64,000 nt of DNA, taken from Clostridia bacterium. GTDB taxonomy: Bacteria > Bacillota > Clostridia > Oscillospirales > QAKW01. Each line of letters begins with the position of its first letter. The stretch's first letter is position 1. Of the stretch, positions 20,440 through 29,117 are shown piece after piece. The position numbers and the translations under genes were made by a program. The notes beneath the pieces were generated by a model. That model made no database searches and had not been told where the DNA came from. It saw nothing but the letters and a program-made list of their open reading frames with translations. The DNA lies in assembly GCA_017440465.1 (NCBI GenBank), contig JAFSHF010000023.1, forward strand, positions 33,515 through 97,514, written 5' to 3'.

Positions 20440-20604
20440 ATGTTAGATTCGATTAAAAATATGTTCTCCGGTATGAACTTTGAGCCGGTGCGTTTTGTCC
20501 AGATGCTGGATAAAATGGGGATCGGGATGCTGGTCATCTTCATTATTATCGGTGTCATCATCCTTTCCACCCTGCTGATCAATAAGATCTTTTCTAAAAA
20601 ATAA
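20440..20604 (+). CDS. Small single-TM protein, OadG/GcdD-like gamma/delta subunit candidate
   Basis: 54-codon ORF not in the ORF track. AAGGAGG lies 9 nt upstream. Sequence MLDSIKNMFSGMNFEPVRFVQMLDKMGIGMLVIFIIIGVIILSTLLINKIFSKK. Position and topology fit OadG. Confidence 0.5.
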   Translation: MLDSIKNMFSGMNFEPVRFVQMLDKMGIGMLVIFIIIGVIILSTLLINKIFSKK

Positions 20605-20606
20605 TT

Positions 20607-20633
20607 AAAAGGCGCTCGCAAGAGCGCCTTTTA
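20607..20633 (+). terminator. Intrinsic terminator
   Basis: AAAAGGCGCTC-GCAA-GAGCGCCTTTT. Confidence 0.75.
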
Positions 20634-20641
20634 TATTTAGA

Positions 20642-20670
20642 TTGAAAAATTTGTATCGTTATAGTATAAT
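20642..20670 (+). promoter_or_regulatory. Promoter of the TIGR04076-ktrBA unit
   Basis: TTGAAA, 17 nt, TATAAT. Confidence 0.55.
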
Positions 20671-20702
20671 AAATTTAAAGTGCATTGAAAGGGGAGATTT
20701 CA

Positions 20703-21005
20703 ATGAAAGACTGCCGTATCACCGTGATGAAAATGGCGCGGTATGACGACTTGATCGAACGATACGAAAACCCCATCGAGCACACCTGTGACCTGAAGAT
20801 GGGGCAGGTATTTATCTCAAAGGGCGGTCAAAAGCCCCAAGGACTCTGCGACAGCGCTTGGGAGAGTATGGTTCCCTTTGTCGAGGAACTTGCCAAGGGC
20901 GGCGGGAATTTCTATGACGGCTGGATGAAGAACGAACGCTCCGCCATGATCTCCTGCAACGATGGCTTTCGCCCGGTCAGTTTTTATATTGAAGTAATCG
21001 AATGA
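20703..21005 (+). CDS. TIGR04076-family small Cys-containing protein (function unknown)
   Basis: Start at the ATG at 20703 behind AAAGGGGAG. 100 aa with 4 Cys. The C-terminal CNDGFRPVSFYIE pattern recalls TIGR04076. Confidence 0.55.
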   Translation: MKDCRITVMKMARYDDLIERYENPIEHTCDLKMGQVFISKGGQKPQGLCDSAWESMVPFVEELAKGGGNFYDGWMKNERSAMISCNDGFRPVSFYIEVIE

Positions 21006-21012
21006 GGTATCT

Positions 21013-22356
21013 ATGAAAAAGATCCGATTATCCACATCGCATATTATTATGCTGAGTTTTCTTTCGGCAATTTTGCTTGGAAGTCTGCTTCTGGCGTTGC
21101 CCGTCAGCTCTGCTTCGGGCAAGGCGGTGCCGTATATCGATGCGCTGTTCACCGCCGGCAGTGCCACCTGCGTTACCGGCTTGGTCACGGTGCCTACCTT
21201 TTCCACCTGGAGCGTCTTCGGTCAGATCGTGATCCTCTTGCTGATTCAGATCGGCGGCTTGGGGATCATCACCGTGATGGCGTCCTTTGTGGTCTTTATG
21301 CACCGCAAGCTGGGGCTGAGCGACCGCGTGTTGCTGCAGGACGCGTTTAACTTGAATACGCTTTCGGGCTTGGGTGCCTTTGTTAGAAAAGTATTGCTCG
21401 GCACCTTGCTGGTAGAAGGCGTTGGCGCAATGCTTTATCTGCCTGTTTTTATCAAGGATTTTGGGCTGAGGGGCATCTGGGTCTCGGTGTTTAACTCCGT
21501 TTCTGCTTTTTGCAATGCGGGGTTTGACATTATTGCCGAAGATAGCCTTTGCCGCTATGCAACCCATCCGCTGATCAATTTCGTAACCGCCGCGTTGATT
21601 ATTGTCGCAGGTATCGGTTATATCGTCTGGTGGGATGTTCTTCGGGTGTTGAAGGATCCGAAATTGCGCCGCTGGCGCCATTTGACATTGCATAGTAAGA
21701 TCGCTTTGACCACAACCGCCATTTTGATCTTCGGCGGCGCATTGTTGATCTTTTTGTTTGAATACCGCAATCCTCAAACCATCGGCACCCTGCCGTTGTT
21801 TGATAAGATTCAAAGTTCATTGTTCCAATCCGTCACCACCAGAACCGCAGGCTTTGCGGGGATCCCTCAGCAACATCTTAGCGAAGGCGCGGCAATGGTT
21901 TCCTGCCTGCTGATGTTTATCGGCGGTTCTCCGGTCGGTACCGCAGGCGGTGTTAAGACCGTGACAATCGCTGTCTTGCTTGCTTCTGCATTTTCCACCG
22001 TAAAGAATAAAAATGAGACGGTTTTGTTCCACCGTTGCATCTCCCGCGAGATGATCGGTAAGGCATTGGCAGTTGTGACAATGTCGGCATTGATCGCTAT
22101 CAGTTCGACGTTGCTTTTATCAGCGACCATCGATGCGCCGGCATTGGATATTGCCTATGAAACCATTAGCGCCACCGCGACCGTGGGGCTCACCCGCGGC
22201 ATCACCCCGCTTTTGAATTTATGGGGCAAGTTGATTATTATTGCAACGATGTATCTGGGCAGGATCGGTCCGATCTCCTTGGCGATCGCTTTTAACATCC
22301 GAACCAAAAGCCCGAACTTAATTAAGAATCCCACGGAGCAGATCAGCGTGGGCTGA
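21013..22356 (+). CDS. ktrB: Ktr-type K+ transporter membrane subunit (TrkH/KtrB family)
   Basis: 447 aa with repeated MPM-type selectivity-filter segments (TAGSATCVTGL, FCNAGF, TTRTAGF, SATATVGLT). Confidence 0.85.
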   Translation: MKKIRLSTSHIIMLSFLSAILLGSLLLALPVSSASGKAVPYIDALFTAGSATCVTGLVTVPTFSTWSVFGQIVILLLIQIGGLGIITVMASFVVFMHRKLGLSDRVLLQDAFNLNTLSGLGAFVRKVLLGTLLVEGVGAMLYLPVFIKDFGLRGIWVSVFNSVSAFCNAGFDIIAEDSLCRYATHPLINFVTAALIIVAGIGYIVWWDVLRVLKDPKLRRWRHLTLHSKIALTTTAILIFGGALLIFLFEYRNPQTIGTLPLFDKIQSSLFQSVTTRTAGFAGIPQQHLSEGAAMVSCLLMFIGGSPVGTAGGVKTVTIAVLLASAFSTVKNKNETVLFHRCISREMIGKALAVVTMSALIAISSTLLLSATIDAPALDIAYETISATATVGLTRGITPLLNLWGKLIIIATMYLGRIGPISLAIAFNIRTKSPNLIKNPTEQISVG

Positions 22357-22371
22357 TAAGGAGAATAAATT

Positions 22372-23022
22372 ATGAGTATTCATCAAAGTTATGCAGTTTT
22401 CGGTCTGGGGCGGTATGGCCGCTCTGTGGCAAAGGAATTGGTCCGCAACGGCGCTGATGTCTTGGCAGTGGATCGCAACGAAGCGGTCGTCAACGGTTTG
22501 AGCGGGGAGCTGCCTCTCTGCAAATGCGCCGATATTACCGATCCCGCGGTCTTTAATGCGCTGGATATCGGCGGAATGGATGTGGTCATCATCGCAATGG
22601 CAGAAAATCTGGAGGCCGCCGTGATGGCGACCATGCTTTGCAAAGAAGCAGGGGTTCCGCAGGTCATCGTCAAATGCGCCGATGAGATGCATTGCCGCAT
22701 TTTGAGCAAGGTGGGCGCCGATCAGGTGGTGGTTCCGGAATATGAATCGGGGACCCGCTTGGCAAAGAACCTGCTCAGTGCAGGCTTTATCGATATGGTG
22801 GATCTGGCGGAAAATGTTTCGGTACTCCATTTCAATGTCCGACCCGAATGGGTCGGCAAGACTCTGGCAGAATTGAATTTGCGTAAAAAACACTCAATCA
22901 ACGTCGTTGCCACAGAGCAAGGCGGAAAGGTTTCCACTGAGATCGATCCGACCCTTCCTTTGCAAGAGGATATGCAGTTGATCATCATTGCCGATCCTGC
23001 TAAATTAAAGAAGATGAAATAA
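22372..23022 (+). CDS. ktrA: Ktr-type K+ uptake peripheral subunit (RCK, NAD-binding)
   Basis: 216 aa. VFGLGRYGRSVA Rossmann motif plus a C-terminal RCK_C domain. Confidence 0.85.
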   Translation: MSIHQSYAVFGLGRYGRSVAKELVRNGADVLAVDRNEAVVNGLSGELPLCKCADITDPAVFNALDIGGMDVVIIAMAENLEAAVMATMLCKEAGVPQVIVKCADEMHCRILSKVGADQVVVPEYESGTRLAKNLLSAGFIDMVDLAENVSVLHFNVRPEWVGKTLAELNLRKKHSINVVATEQGGKVSTEIDPTLPLQEDMQLIIIADPAKLKKMK

Positions 23023-23023
23023 T

Positions 23024-23052
23024 AAATGCGCGATGCTTTGCATCGCGCATTT
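23024..23052. terminator. Bidirectional terminator shared by ktrA and the convergent trkH
   Basis: 13-bp stem AAATGCGCGATGC-TTT-GCATCGCGCATTT. Confidence 0.8.
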
Positions 23053-23055
23053 AAT

Positions 23056-24510
23056 TTATTTTTTAAATTTAAAGGTTCCCGCCCAAGTCTGCGGAGAAAG
23101 CAACGCAAGAATGGGGAAGATCTCCAGCCGCCCTGCCAGCATATCAAAGGAAAGGATCAACTTGGACAGATCGGAATAATTTTGGAAATTTTTAGAAGGA
23201 CCGACCAATTCCAAACCGGGACCGATGTTATTGATGGTGGCGGCAACCGCCGAAAAATTGGTGGTAAAATCAAAGTTATCCAGAGAGATCAGTAAAAGCG
23301 AGATCACAAAGACCCCTAAATAAGAGACCAAAAAGGTATTGACCGACCGCATGGTGCTGTGCTCGATGACCTTTCCTTCCAGATGCACCTTTTTAACAGT
23401 GCGGGGATGGATGATCCGCGCGAGTTCATTAAAGGAAGATTTGATCAAAATAACGATCCGCGAGACCTTGATGCCGCCGCCGGTGCTACCCGCGCAGGCG
23501 CCGATAAACATCAGCAGGATCAAAATCGTCTTGGAAAGGGCGGGGAATAGATTAAAATCGGTGGTGGCAAAGCCGGTGGTGGTGATAATACTGCCGACCT
23601 GGAATAAAGAATGGCGAAAAGCCTCTTCTGCGGTTTCAAAGAGATGCAGGGTATTGATAAAGATCGCCGCAGTGGAAAGGGCAATGATGGCAGTATACCA
23701 GCGTGCCTCTTCGCAGCGCGCCGCCTGCCGAACGTGCCGCCGCACCAATAGGAAGTAGACGTTGAAGTTGACGCCGAATAGGATCATAAAGACAGCAACC
23801 ACATATTGGCAGGCAGGGGAATAGGCGGCAAGCCCGGCGTTTAGGACCGCAAAGCCGCCGGTACCTGCGGTACCGAAGGTGATGGTGATCGCGTCGAACA
23901 AAGGCATCTTCAAGCAGATAAGGATGGCGATCTGCACCAAGGTCATTATGGTATAAATGATATAAAGTATCTTGGAGGTATCGCGGATCTTGGGCATCAT
24001 TTTGCCCACCTGCGGTCCCGGGCTTTCCGCCCGCATCAGATGCATGGTGGCGCCGCCCGCCAAAGGCAGAACAGAAAGGGCAAAGACCAGAATACCCATA
24101 CCGCCGATCCAATGGGAGAAGCTCCGCCAAAAAAGAGTGGCGTGGCTCAACGCTTCCACATCCGTTAAAATGGAAGAACCGGTGGTGGTAAAGCCCGAAA
24201 CCATCTCAAAAAATGCATCGATAAAATGAGGAATGTCGCCCGAAAGAACAAAGGGAACGCACCCGAAAAGGCTTAAAAAGATCCAACTGAGAGCCACCGA
24301 GGTGAACCCTTCTTTGGCATAAAATTCTTGGTTTTTCGGCTTGCGGGCAGTGATCAAGAACCCGATCAGCGCAATGATAAACGCGCAGATCAGATATGCA
24401 ACCGCTTCCTTTTCCCGATAGATCAGACCGGTCAAGGCAGGAAGAAGCATCAATAGTCCTTCGATCCGTAAGATATAACCGATAATGTAAAAAATAATCT
24501 GAAAATTCAT
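23056..24510 (-). CDS. trkH: TrkH-family K+ uptake membrane protein
   Basis: 484 aa with a repeated pore-loop architecture (SGFTTTGSS, GTAGTGGF, TTTGFAT, GSTGGG). Confidence 0.85.
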   Translation of the reverse strand: MNFQIIFYIIGYILRIEGLLMLLPALTGLIYREKEAVAYLICAFIIALIGFLITARKPKNQEFYAKEGFTSVALSWIFLSLFGCVPFVLSGDIPHFIDAFFEMVSGFTTTGSSILTDVEALSHATLFWRSFSHWIGGMGILVFALSVLPLAGGATMHLMRAESPGPQVGKMMPKIRDTSKILYIIYTIMTLVQIAILICLKMPLFDAITITFGTAGTGGFAVLNAGLAAYSPACQYVVAVFMILFGVNFNVYFLLVRRHVRQAARCEEARWYTAIIALSTAAIFINTLHLFETAEEAFRHSLFQVGSIITTTGFATTDFNLFPALSKTILILLMFIGACAGSTGGGIKVSRIVILIKSSFNELARIIHPRTVKKVHLEGKVIEHSTMRSVNTFLVSYLGVFVISLLLISLDNFDFTTNFSAVAATINNIGPGLELVGPSKNFQNYSDLSKLILSFDMLAGRLEIFPILALLSPQTWAGTFKFKK

Positions 24511-24514
24511 ATCG

Positions 24515-25870
24515 TTATTTTAAAATATCCTTAAAGTCGTTGAGTTTTGTCTGCCCTGCGACGACGATAACGCGATCGCCGGGTTGGATGGTGCTGTCAC
24601 CGTCGGGAAGAATAAACCGCTTGCCGCGGATGATGCCGCAAACGATCAGATTTTCTTTCAGATTCATCTCCTTTAAGGGGACGTTAATGCCGGGGGCATT
24701 TTGGCTGATGTTGAATTCCACCGCCTCTACCTTGCCGTCGAACAGGCGATAAAGGGTCTCCACATTGTTACCCAATGCATTTTGCTTGGCGCGCACGTGT
24801 TGCAAAATGTGTTCGGTGGTAATATGGTGCAGGTGGATCACACTCTCCAGATCCAGTCCTGCTACCAATTCGGCAAAGATCGGGCGATCCACCTTGGTAA
24901 CGACCTTGATATCCGCCATCTCTTTGGCATAAAGAGAAAGCAAAACATTTTCTTCATCAAAGCCGGTCAGCGCAACGAATGCATCGGTAGTTGCGATGCC
25001 CTCTTCGTTCAAAAGATGCTTATCGGATGCATCGCCGTGGATGATCATCGCCTCGGGCAGCAGTTCCGCCAATTCGTGGCAGCGGGCTTCGTCTTTCTCG
25101 ATGATCTTGACATTGATGCGGGAAGCCAAAAGGATCTGCGCCAGATAGTAGGCGATGGTCCCGCCGCCGACGATCATAACGCTTTTGACGCTATGGGTAT
25201 CAAACTTGATTTTGCGGAAAAATTGATTTGCCCGATTGGTTTCGATCATAACGGTGGCTTTGTCGCCCGCCTTCAGTTCAAAGGAGCCGGAGGGGATGGT
25301 GAAATCACCCTCCCGCTCGATGCTGCAGAAAAGAACGTTGCTTTCCAGCTTGGAGCGGACATAGGTCAGGTTCTTTCCGTCCAGAACCGATCCCTCGGGG
25401 ATCTTAAAGGTCAGCATTTCCACTCTGCCGCGGGCAAAGGAACTGACCTCAATGGCGGAGGGGAAGCGCAGCAATTGCGAGATCTCCATTGCTCCTGCAA
25501 ATTCAGGGTTGATGACCAACGAAAGCCCCACCTGATCTTTGATAAAATCCGTCTCCTTAAAATACATTGGGTTGCGGATGCGGGCAATGGTGGAGCAATG
25601 ATCGTTCTTTTTGGCAAAAAGGCTGCAGAGCAGATTTTGTTCATCCGAACCGGTGACCGCGATCAGCAGATCGGCATCCTCGATCCCCGCCTCCGAAAGG
25701 GCGGAATAGTTCATACCGTTGCCTAAAAGCCCCATCACATCGTTGTCGTTGCAGATGGTGGAGATGCGCTCGGTATTGAAATCGATGATAGTGACATCGT
25801 GCCCCTCGTCGTTCAGCGAGGCGGCCAGGCTGGCGCCGGTCTTGCCGCCGCCCACAATAATGATTTTCAT
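24515..25870 (-). CDS. trkA: Trk system K+ uptake protein TrkA (tandem RCK)
   Basis: 451 aa. Two Rossmann motifs (IIVGGGKTG, MIVGGGTIAY), each followed by an RCK_C domain. Confidence 0.9.
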   Translation of the reverse strand: MKIIIVGGGKTGASLAASLNDEGHDVTIIDFNTERISTICNDNDVMGLLGNGMNYSALSEAGIEDADLLIAVTGSDEQNLLCSLFAKKNDHCSTIARIRNPMYFKETDFIKDQVGLSLVINPEFAGAMEISQLLRFPSAIEVSSFARGRVEMLTFKIPEGSVLDGKNLTYVRSKLESNVLFCSIEREGDFTIPSGSFELKAGDKATVMIETNRANQFFRKIKFDTHSVKSVMIVGGGTIAYYLAQILLASRINVKIIEKDEARCHELAELLPEAMIIHGDASDKHLLNEEGIATTDAFVALTGFDEENVLLSLYAKEMADIKVVTKVDRPIFAELVAGLDLESVIHLHHITTEHILQHVRAKQNALGNNVETLYRLFDGKVEAVEFNISQNAPGINVPLKEMNLKENLIVCGIIRGKRFILPDGDSTIQPGDRVIVVAGQTKLNDFKDILK

Positions 25871-25941
25871 AAAAAATACCTATTCAAATCAATGAAATTT
25901 GCGTAAAAAATACGCCGAAAATTAGTTTAACACATTTATAT

Positions 25942-25982
25942 AAAAAAAGCAACAGACTTTATTATTGGTCTGTTGCTTTTTT
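25942..25982 (-). terminator. Terminator of the LtaS-family gene (bidirectional shape)
   Basis: GCAACAGAC ... GTCTGTTGC stem flanked by A- and T-runs. The stop codon lies in the loop. Confidence 0.6.
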
Positions 25983-27503
25983 CATTTCAAGAAATCGGGT
26001 GTTATAGAATTCGGATTTGTGTTGCAGTTCCTCGTCCAATCTTTCAATCCCGAATTGCTCGGCTAAGGTCATCTTATCGGAAAAGAGATTGGTACCCAGC
26101 CCTAAGCGGTCGCCCTCAATTTCCACCCCCATCGCCGCCAGGGTGGTGGGGAAGAAGTCGAAGGTGGCAAAGGTGCGGTTTTGCTCTTGCTTGGGTTCAA
26201 TAGGTGCATTGATGATGCAGTTATAGACGGTGCGGGTGTAGTTTTCATCAATGTCCTTTAAAAAGTTCGGGTCCATCGTTAAATGGTCGCCGCTCAAAAC
26301 GATCGTTGTATTTTCATAGAAGGGCTGTTGCTTGATCCAATCGATAAACTGCCCCACCTTCTGCGCTGAGCAGGTAAGAACATTGGCATATTGCTCGTCG
26401 TATTTCTGCGGGCAATCGGGGCAGAGATAACCGTCTGGAAAATGGGTATCGGCAGTCAGTATGGTGAAATTAAAGGGCTTTCCTTGGCTTGCCGCCTTGG
26501 TCAACTCTTCTTTGGCAAAATCAAAGAGTTTGGCATCTTCAAAGCCCCACCATTGCCGATAATCTTCGGGCAATCGCCCATCGGCCTTTAAGGTGTTGAT
26601 ATCGACAACATTGTAGTTTCCGTGCTCGGTGAAATAGGTCTCCCGCCCGGCAAATTCGGCATCGCTGCCGATCAGCAGCGTTTGGTAATAGCCTTCTTTT
26701 TCTAAAACCTCGCCGATGGAGGTCAGCCCCGGAATATAGGCGTCTTCACCGCCGTAGGTATCGGCAGTCAGCGGCACCTTGACGATCATCCCCGAAGTTT
26801 GCGCCACCATCGCCGAGGCGGTCCAGGTGGAGCCGGTGAGGGCGTATCCGCCGCCCAATCCGTTCGTATTGGAAAAATGAACATTTTCTTTGGCCAATGC
26901 CGAAAGCTGCGGGATCAGATCTTCGGTGATGGAACCGCCCGCTTTGGGATCGGCAAAGGTGGTCTCCATCGATTCCAAAAAGATATAGATCAGATTGCGC
27001 TTCTCTTCGGGGAAGGTGACCTTCACCGTTTCGGGATCGGCATAATGGGTTTCAATAAAGTCGGTCTCGGTTGTGGACTTATGAATGTAGCTTGTCACCC
27101 GCAATTCCAATGCAAAAAATAAGACCGAGACCGTCAGCATCCCTGCCGCCATCGGCAGAGCGTTGCGCTTGAAGAAACTGCAGACCTTTCCGCGGCAGAA
27201 GGCGGCATATTTTTCGTATTTTTGCCTGCATTTTTCCACCCTGCCGGAAAGAAACCACCAAAGGTAAAATTCCCCTGCAGTCAGTAAAATACCGAACAGA
27301 ATGACCCGAACATAAGCACTGCTCATCAGGTCTTCGTTGGCACCTGCCGCCGAGGTCTTCATCTGGTAGATGATCTGATCCAGCAGAATGTGATCGTATT
27401 TACTCAGCAGCCATAGGGTGAAAAGAAAGAGCAGATTTCCGCCGAGCAGCAGGATCAACGCTGTAATATGCGATTTTTTAAATTTTCGTTTTTGCTTGCT
27501 CAA
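25962..27503 (-). CDS. LTA-synthase-family sulfatase-like phosphotransferase (LtaS-like)
   Basis: N-terminal multi-TM region plus an extracellular sulfatase-fold domain (FLESMETTF, TADTHFP, LSGDH). The start is uncertain: TTG at 27503 (GGAGG 5 nt upstream) is preferred over TTG at 27515. Confidence 0.75.
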   Translation of the reverse strand: MSKQKRKFKKSHITALILLLGGNLLFLFTLWLLSKYDHILLDQIIYQMKTSAAGANEDLMSSAYVRVILFGILLTAGEFYLWWFLSGRVEKCRQKYEKYAAFCRGKVCSFFKRNALPMAAGMLTVSVLFFALELRVTSYIHKSTTETDFIETHYADPETVKVTFPEEKRNLIYIFLESMETTFADPKAGGSITEDLIPQLSALAKENVHFSNTNGLGGGYALTGSTWTASAMVAQTSGMIVKVPLTADTYGGEDAYIPGLTSIGEVLEKEGYYQTLLIGSDAEFAGRETYFTEHGNYNVVDINTLKADGRLPEDYRQWWGFEDAKLFDFAKEELTKAASQGKPFNFTILTADTHFPDGYLCPDCPQKYDEQYANVLTCSAQKVGQFIDWIKQQPFYENTTIVLSGDHLTMDPNFLKDIDENYTRTVYNCIINAPIEPKQEQNRTFATFDFFPTTLAAMGVEIEGDRLGLGTNLFSDKMTLAEQFGIERLDEELQHKSEFYNTRFLEMKKATDQ

Positions 27504-27691
27504 GGAAACCTCCAAGAAATAATAGTACCTCTATTTTAACGATAATCGACGGTTTTCGCAACCCTTTTTGAAAAAGTTCACGATTGTTTAAAAATTTCGT
27601 TGCTAAAAGCGCAGATGGTTTGGATTTCATAGTAATGATATTATTAAGAGTATTATAACATATTAAGATAGAAAATGCTATGATGCTCAAA

Positions 27692-27722
27692 GAAAAACAC
27701 CGCCTTTGTCAAGGCGGTGTTT
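27692..27722 (-). terminator. Terminator after the MBOAT gene
   Basis: 11-bp stem AACACCGCCTT-TGTC-AAGGCGGTGTT with a T-run on the - strand. Confidence 0.7.
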
Positions 27723-27723
27723 A

Positions 27724-29115
27724 TTAAAATCTAAAATAAATGAATGGATTGTATGTGGAACCCAATATAAAACAGATGCTGATTGCCAGCAACACGATGC
27801 AGGAAAAACATTTCAAAAGTTCACCCAAAGCAGTGTCGGGGAATTGGATTTTTTTGGCCCAAGGGAACATACAAAGAATTCCGAGCGGGACATAAACCAA
27901 TGCATAAAGGAGCGAGGGATCTGCGGTAACAGCGTCGATGATCGGAACAAAACGGAAAGAAAACATCATTTTCAGCGCGTCCGACATTTGAGCAAAGTCC
28001 GTCAGATTGAAAATGACCCACCCGATCAACACCAGAACCATGGTATAGAGCCAACGGATCCATTGGGGGAGATGCTCCAGAATTTTATGCAAAAACAGTT
28101 TTTCGATCAACAACAAGACGGCATAATAAATGCCCCAGAGAAGAAAATTCCAGCTGGCACCGTGCCAAAAGCCGGTCAATCCCCAAACGACGCAGAGGTT
28201 CAAGATCCAGCGCATCTTTTTTACGCGGTTTCCTCCCAAGGGGATATATACATAATCCCGAAACCAAGTGGAAAGAGAAATGTGCCATCGCCGCCAGAAA
28301 TCGGTGATGGAAAGGGAAATATAAGGATAATTGAAGTTTTCCAAGAAATGGAACCCAAACATTCGGCCCAGCCCGATCGCCATATCGCTGTATCCCGAAA
28401 AATCAAAATAGATCTGCAGAGCGTAGCAGACGGCGGCCAGCCAATAAAAAGCGGTCCCGTAAATTTCGGAATCCCCGCTGTAAATCGTGGCGGCCAGCGC
28501 ACCGACGTTGTTTGCAATAATGACCTTTTTTGCCAGCCCGATAATGAACCGTTGCATACCGACGGTGATATCCTTCAAGGTTTCTCTGCGATCGTGAATT
28601 TCTTGTTCCACCGTTTGATAACGAACGATTGGGCCGGCGATCAACTGCGGGAAGAAAGAGACATAAAGACTCAGGTTAAAAAAGTTTTTTTGAACACGGA
28701 TCTCTTTTTTATACAGATCGATCACATAGGAAAGGATCTGGAACGTATAAAAACTAATACCGATGGGTAATGCAAGCGCGGCGATCGGGGAAAGGCCGAA
28801 ATTCCCGATGGCAAAATTAAAGTACTTGAAAATAAAAAGGTTGGCGACCAGCAGACTGACTGTCGCGATCATATAAACCTTTTTGGCTGTTTTTCTGCCC
28901 TCTTTTTCGCACCGCTCTATGGCAAGACCGCCCAAATAGGCGATCAGGATCACTGCAAGCATAAGAAGGATAAATTTAGGCTCGCCCCACCCATAAAAGA
29001 TCAAGGAAAACAGGAGGAGTACGGTATTGCGGTACGTCCGATTGGGGCAAATGTAATAAAGCAGAAACACCAACGGAAAAAAGAAAAACAGAAAGGTTAA
29101 TGAACAGAACAGCAT
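27724..29115 (-). CDS. MBOAT-family membrane O-acyltransferase (DltB/AlgI/PatA-like)
   Basis: 463-aa polytopic protein with the MBOAT histidine motif FWRRWHISLSTWFRDYVYIPLGGNR. Confidence 0.85.
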   Translation of the reverse strand: MLFCSLTFLFFFFPLVFLLYYICPNRTYRNTVLLLFSLIFYGWGEPKFILLMLAVILIAYLGGLAIERCEKEGRKTAKKVYMIATVSLLVANLFIFKYFNFAIGNFGLSPIAALALPIGISFYTFQILSYVIDLYKKEIRVQKNFFNLSLYVSFFPQLIAGPIVRYQTVEQEIHDRRETLKDITVGMQRFIIGLAKKVIIANNVGALAATIYSGDSEIYGTAFYWLAAVCYALQIYFDFSGYSDMAIGLGRMFGFHFLENFNYPYISLSITDFWRRWHISLSTWFRDYVYIPLGGNRVKKMRWILNLCVVWGLTGFWHGASWNFLLWGIYYAVLLLIEKLFLHKILEHLPQWIRWLYTMVLVLIGWVIFNLTDFAQMSDALKMMFSFRFVPIIDAVTADPSLLYALVYVPLGILCMFPWAKKIQFPDTALGELLKCFSCIVLLAISICFILGSTYNPFIYFRF

Positions 29116-29117
29116 TT

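Noticed and set aside
20605-20702. c-di-AMP (ydaO/kimA-type) riboswitch upstream of the ktr genes
   Set aside because: Only about 100 nt are available, and they are filled by a terminator and a promoter. There are no conserved riboswitch motifs.
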